Source: Lama guanicoe
Lineage: Eukaryota
DNA length: 64,000 nucleotides
Assembly (NCBI GenBank): GCA_013239625.1
Contig: MU053594.1
Location: forward strand, 900,536-964,535
Direction of reading: 5' to 3'
The position numbers and the translations under genes are program-made. The notes beneath the pieces were generated by a model, which saw only the letters and a list, made by a program, of their open reading frames with translations, was not told the origin of the DNA and searched no databases. Below, piece by piece: positions 62,831 to 64,000 of the stretch. Numbering within the stretch: position 1 is the stretch's first letter; the number at the start of each line of letters is the position of its first letter.

Positions 62831-63569
62831 GACTCTAAAAGAAACCCATTCAGGAAGTGCTCCCTGAGCACCTACGACATGCAGAGCCCTGAGCCAGGCA
62901 GGGCACTACGAGCTGGTCGGATGAGATGAAGGAAAATGGATCCAACGCACAAATTTGGCACGTGGGCTGCATGGGGTCCAACTTCACGTCAGTGTGTGGT
63001 CAGAACACAAGAAAAAACTGGCTCAAGACCAGATGTACATAATACAGCAGGCTGAGACCATGGCTAGATCCCGGGGGGCAGGTATATATCACACTCGGAG
63101 AACAAGTGCCCCACCTAAGTTAAATACTTCCCGTGTGCCTAGGAGAAGCAAAGCGCTCGGCTAAGCCCTACACAGAGAAGAACCTCTTGGGTTGATTGTT
63201 CTTCCTCCCTTCTCTGCCCAGCAGATGTCTCTCCATCAGGATCAGACACCGTCTCCCTAATGAAACCTTTGCTGGCTGACTCCCTAGGAAAACAAGCAAT
63301 TTCGTCCTCTGTACATCACATCCGTCTCTTCATCCCTTTGCTGCAGCACCAATTATGGTGCATTTGCCATCATTTGCTTACAAAGCTGCCTCCTCCACCA
63401 AACTACAGGCTCCTAGAAAGAAGGGCCTGTGTCGAGATGCTTAGTATATTTTTTGAATGGATGAGTCAGTTATTTATTCATGATTCAGGGTCATGTGCTG
63501 AAATATGCAAAATAATTACATGTTAAAATATTTTCAGGTCAGATACTTAAGAGTTGTCATAGTCACGGT

Positions 63570-63687
63570 CAGAATGAATCACTTTTTTTTTAAATAAAAG
63601 TAGCTTTATTCAGAGAGATACAAATTCCGTAGACAGAGTGCAAGCTGTCTCAGAAGGTAAGGGAGCAAGAGAGGCCAGAATGAATCA
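63570..63687 (-). mobile_element. Short polyadenylated retrocopy (94 bp) with TSD, probably the 3' end of an ERV-LTR transcript
   Basis: CAGAATGAATCA at 63570-63581 and 63676-63687; the insert on minus ends ...tctctctgAATAAAgctacttttattt followed by A9. Confidence 0.75.
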
Positions 63688-64000
63688 TATTTTTGTATCA
63701 AAATAGAAACCTTCTCTATTCTTTTCTGCTCATGGAAGTTCAGTGCCAACACTTTGGTATAAGTCAAGAGTATAAATACAGATCTATAAATAGAGAAGCC
63801 TGGACATGATGTAGCAGAAGGCAATAAAATAATTTATCAGTTTCAGCACAAGTGAATAGAATTCTTTGAAATGCTAGAAACAAAGTTGCTATCCTTTTTC
63901 TATGGAAAGAAAAATGCGCATATAAATGTTTCACTTTACTTTGTATTCACATGGAGGGACTATTTTAGATCAGACAGCAGTCTAAGCGGTCTGGTATTAG

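Overview
Mammalian non-coding genomic DNA, most likely camelid, judging from a Vic-1-like tRNA-Ala-derived SINE at ~46.1 kb and young L1 3' ends. I cannot recognise any cellular protein-coding exon. The ORF track consists of chance ORFs or decayed L1 ORF2 fragments. The window is dominated by interspersed repeats: L1 (two with 5' inversions, several with clear target-site duplications, TSDs), MIR, L2, three MaLR LTRs, one ERV1-like solo LTR, and hAT/TcMar DNA-transposon relics. All four LTRs lie on the + strand, which suggests (inference) a large intron of a minus-strand gene. The best non-repeat signal is a CpG-rich patch at 4.4-5.5 kb just upstream of a candidate minus-strand first coding exon (MKFLHLFPVKTK, then AG|GTAAGG). 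Other curiosities are a 94-bp polyadenylated retrocopy with a TSD that resembles an ERV-LTR transcript end, a 24-nt near-identical motif repeated 13 kb apart, and a palindromic MER91-like MITE. I found no convincing novel multi-component system. Repeat family names come from remembered consensus similarity, not from a database search, and boundaries of old repeats are approximate.
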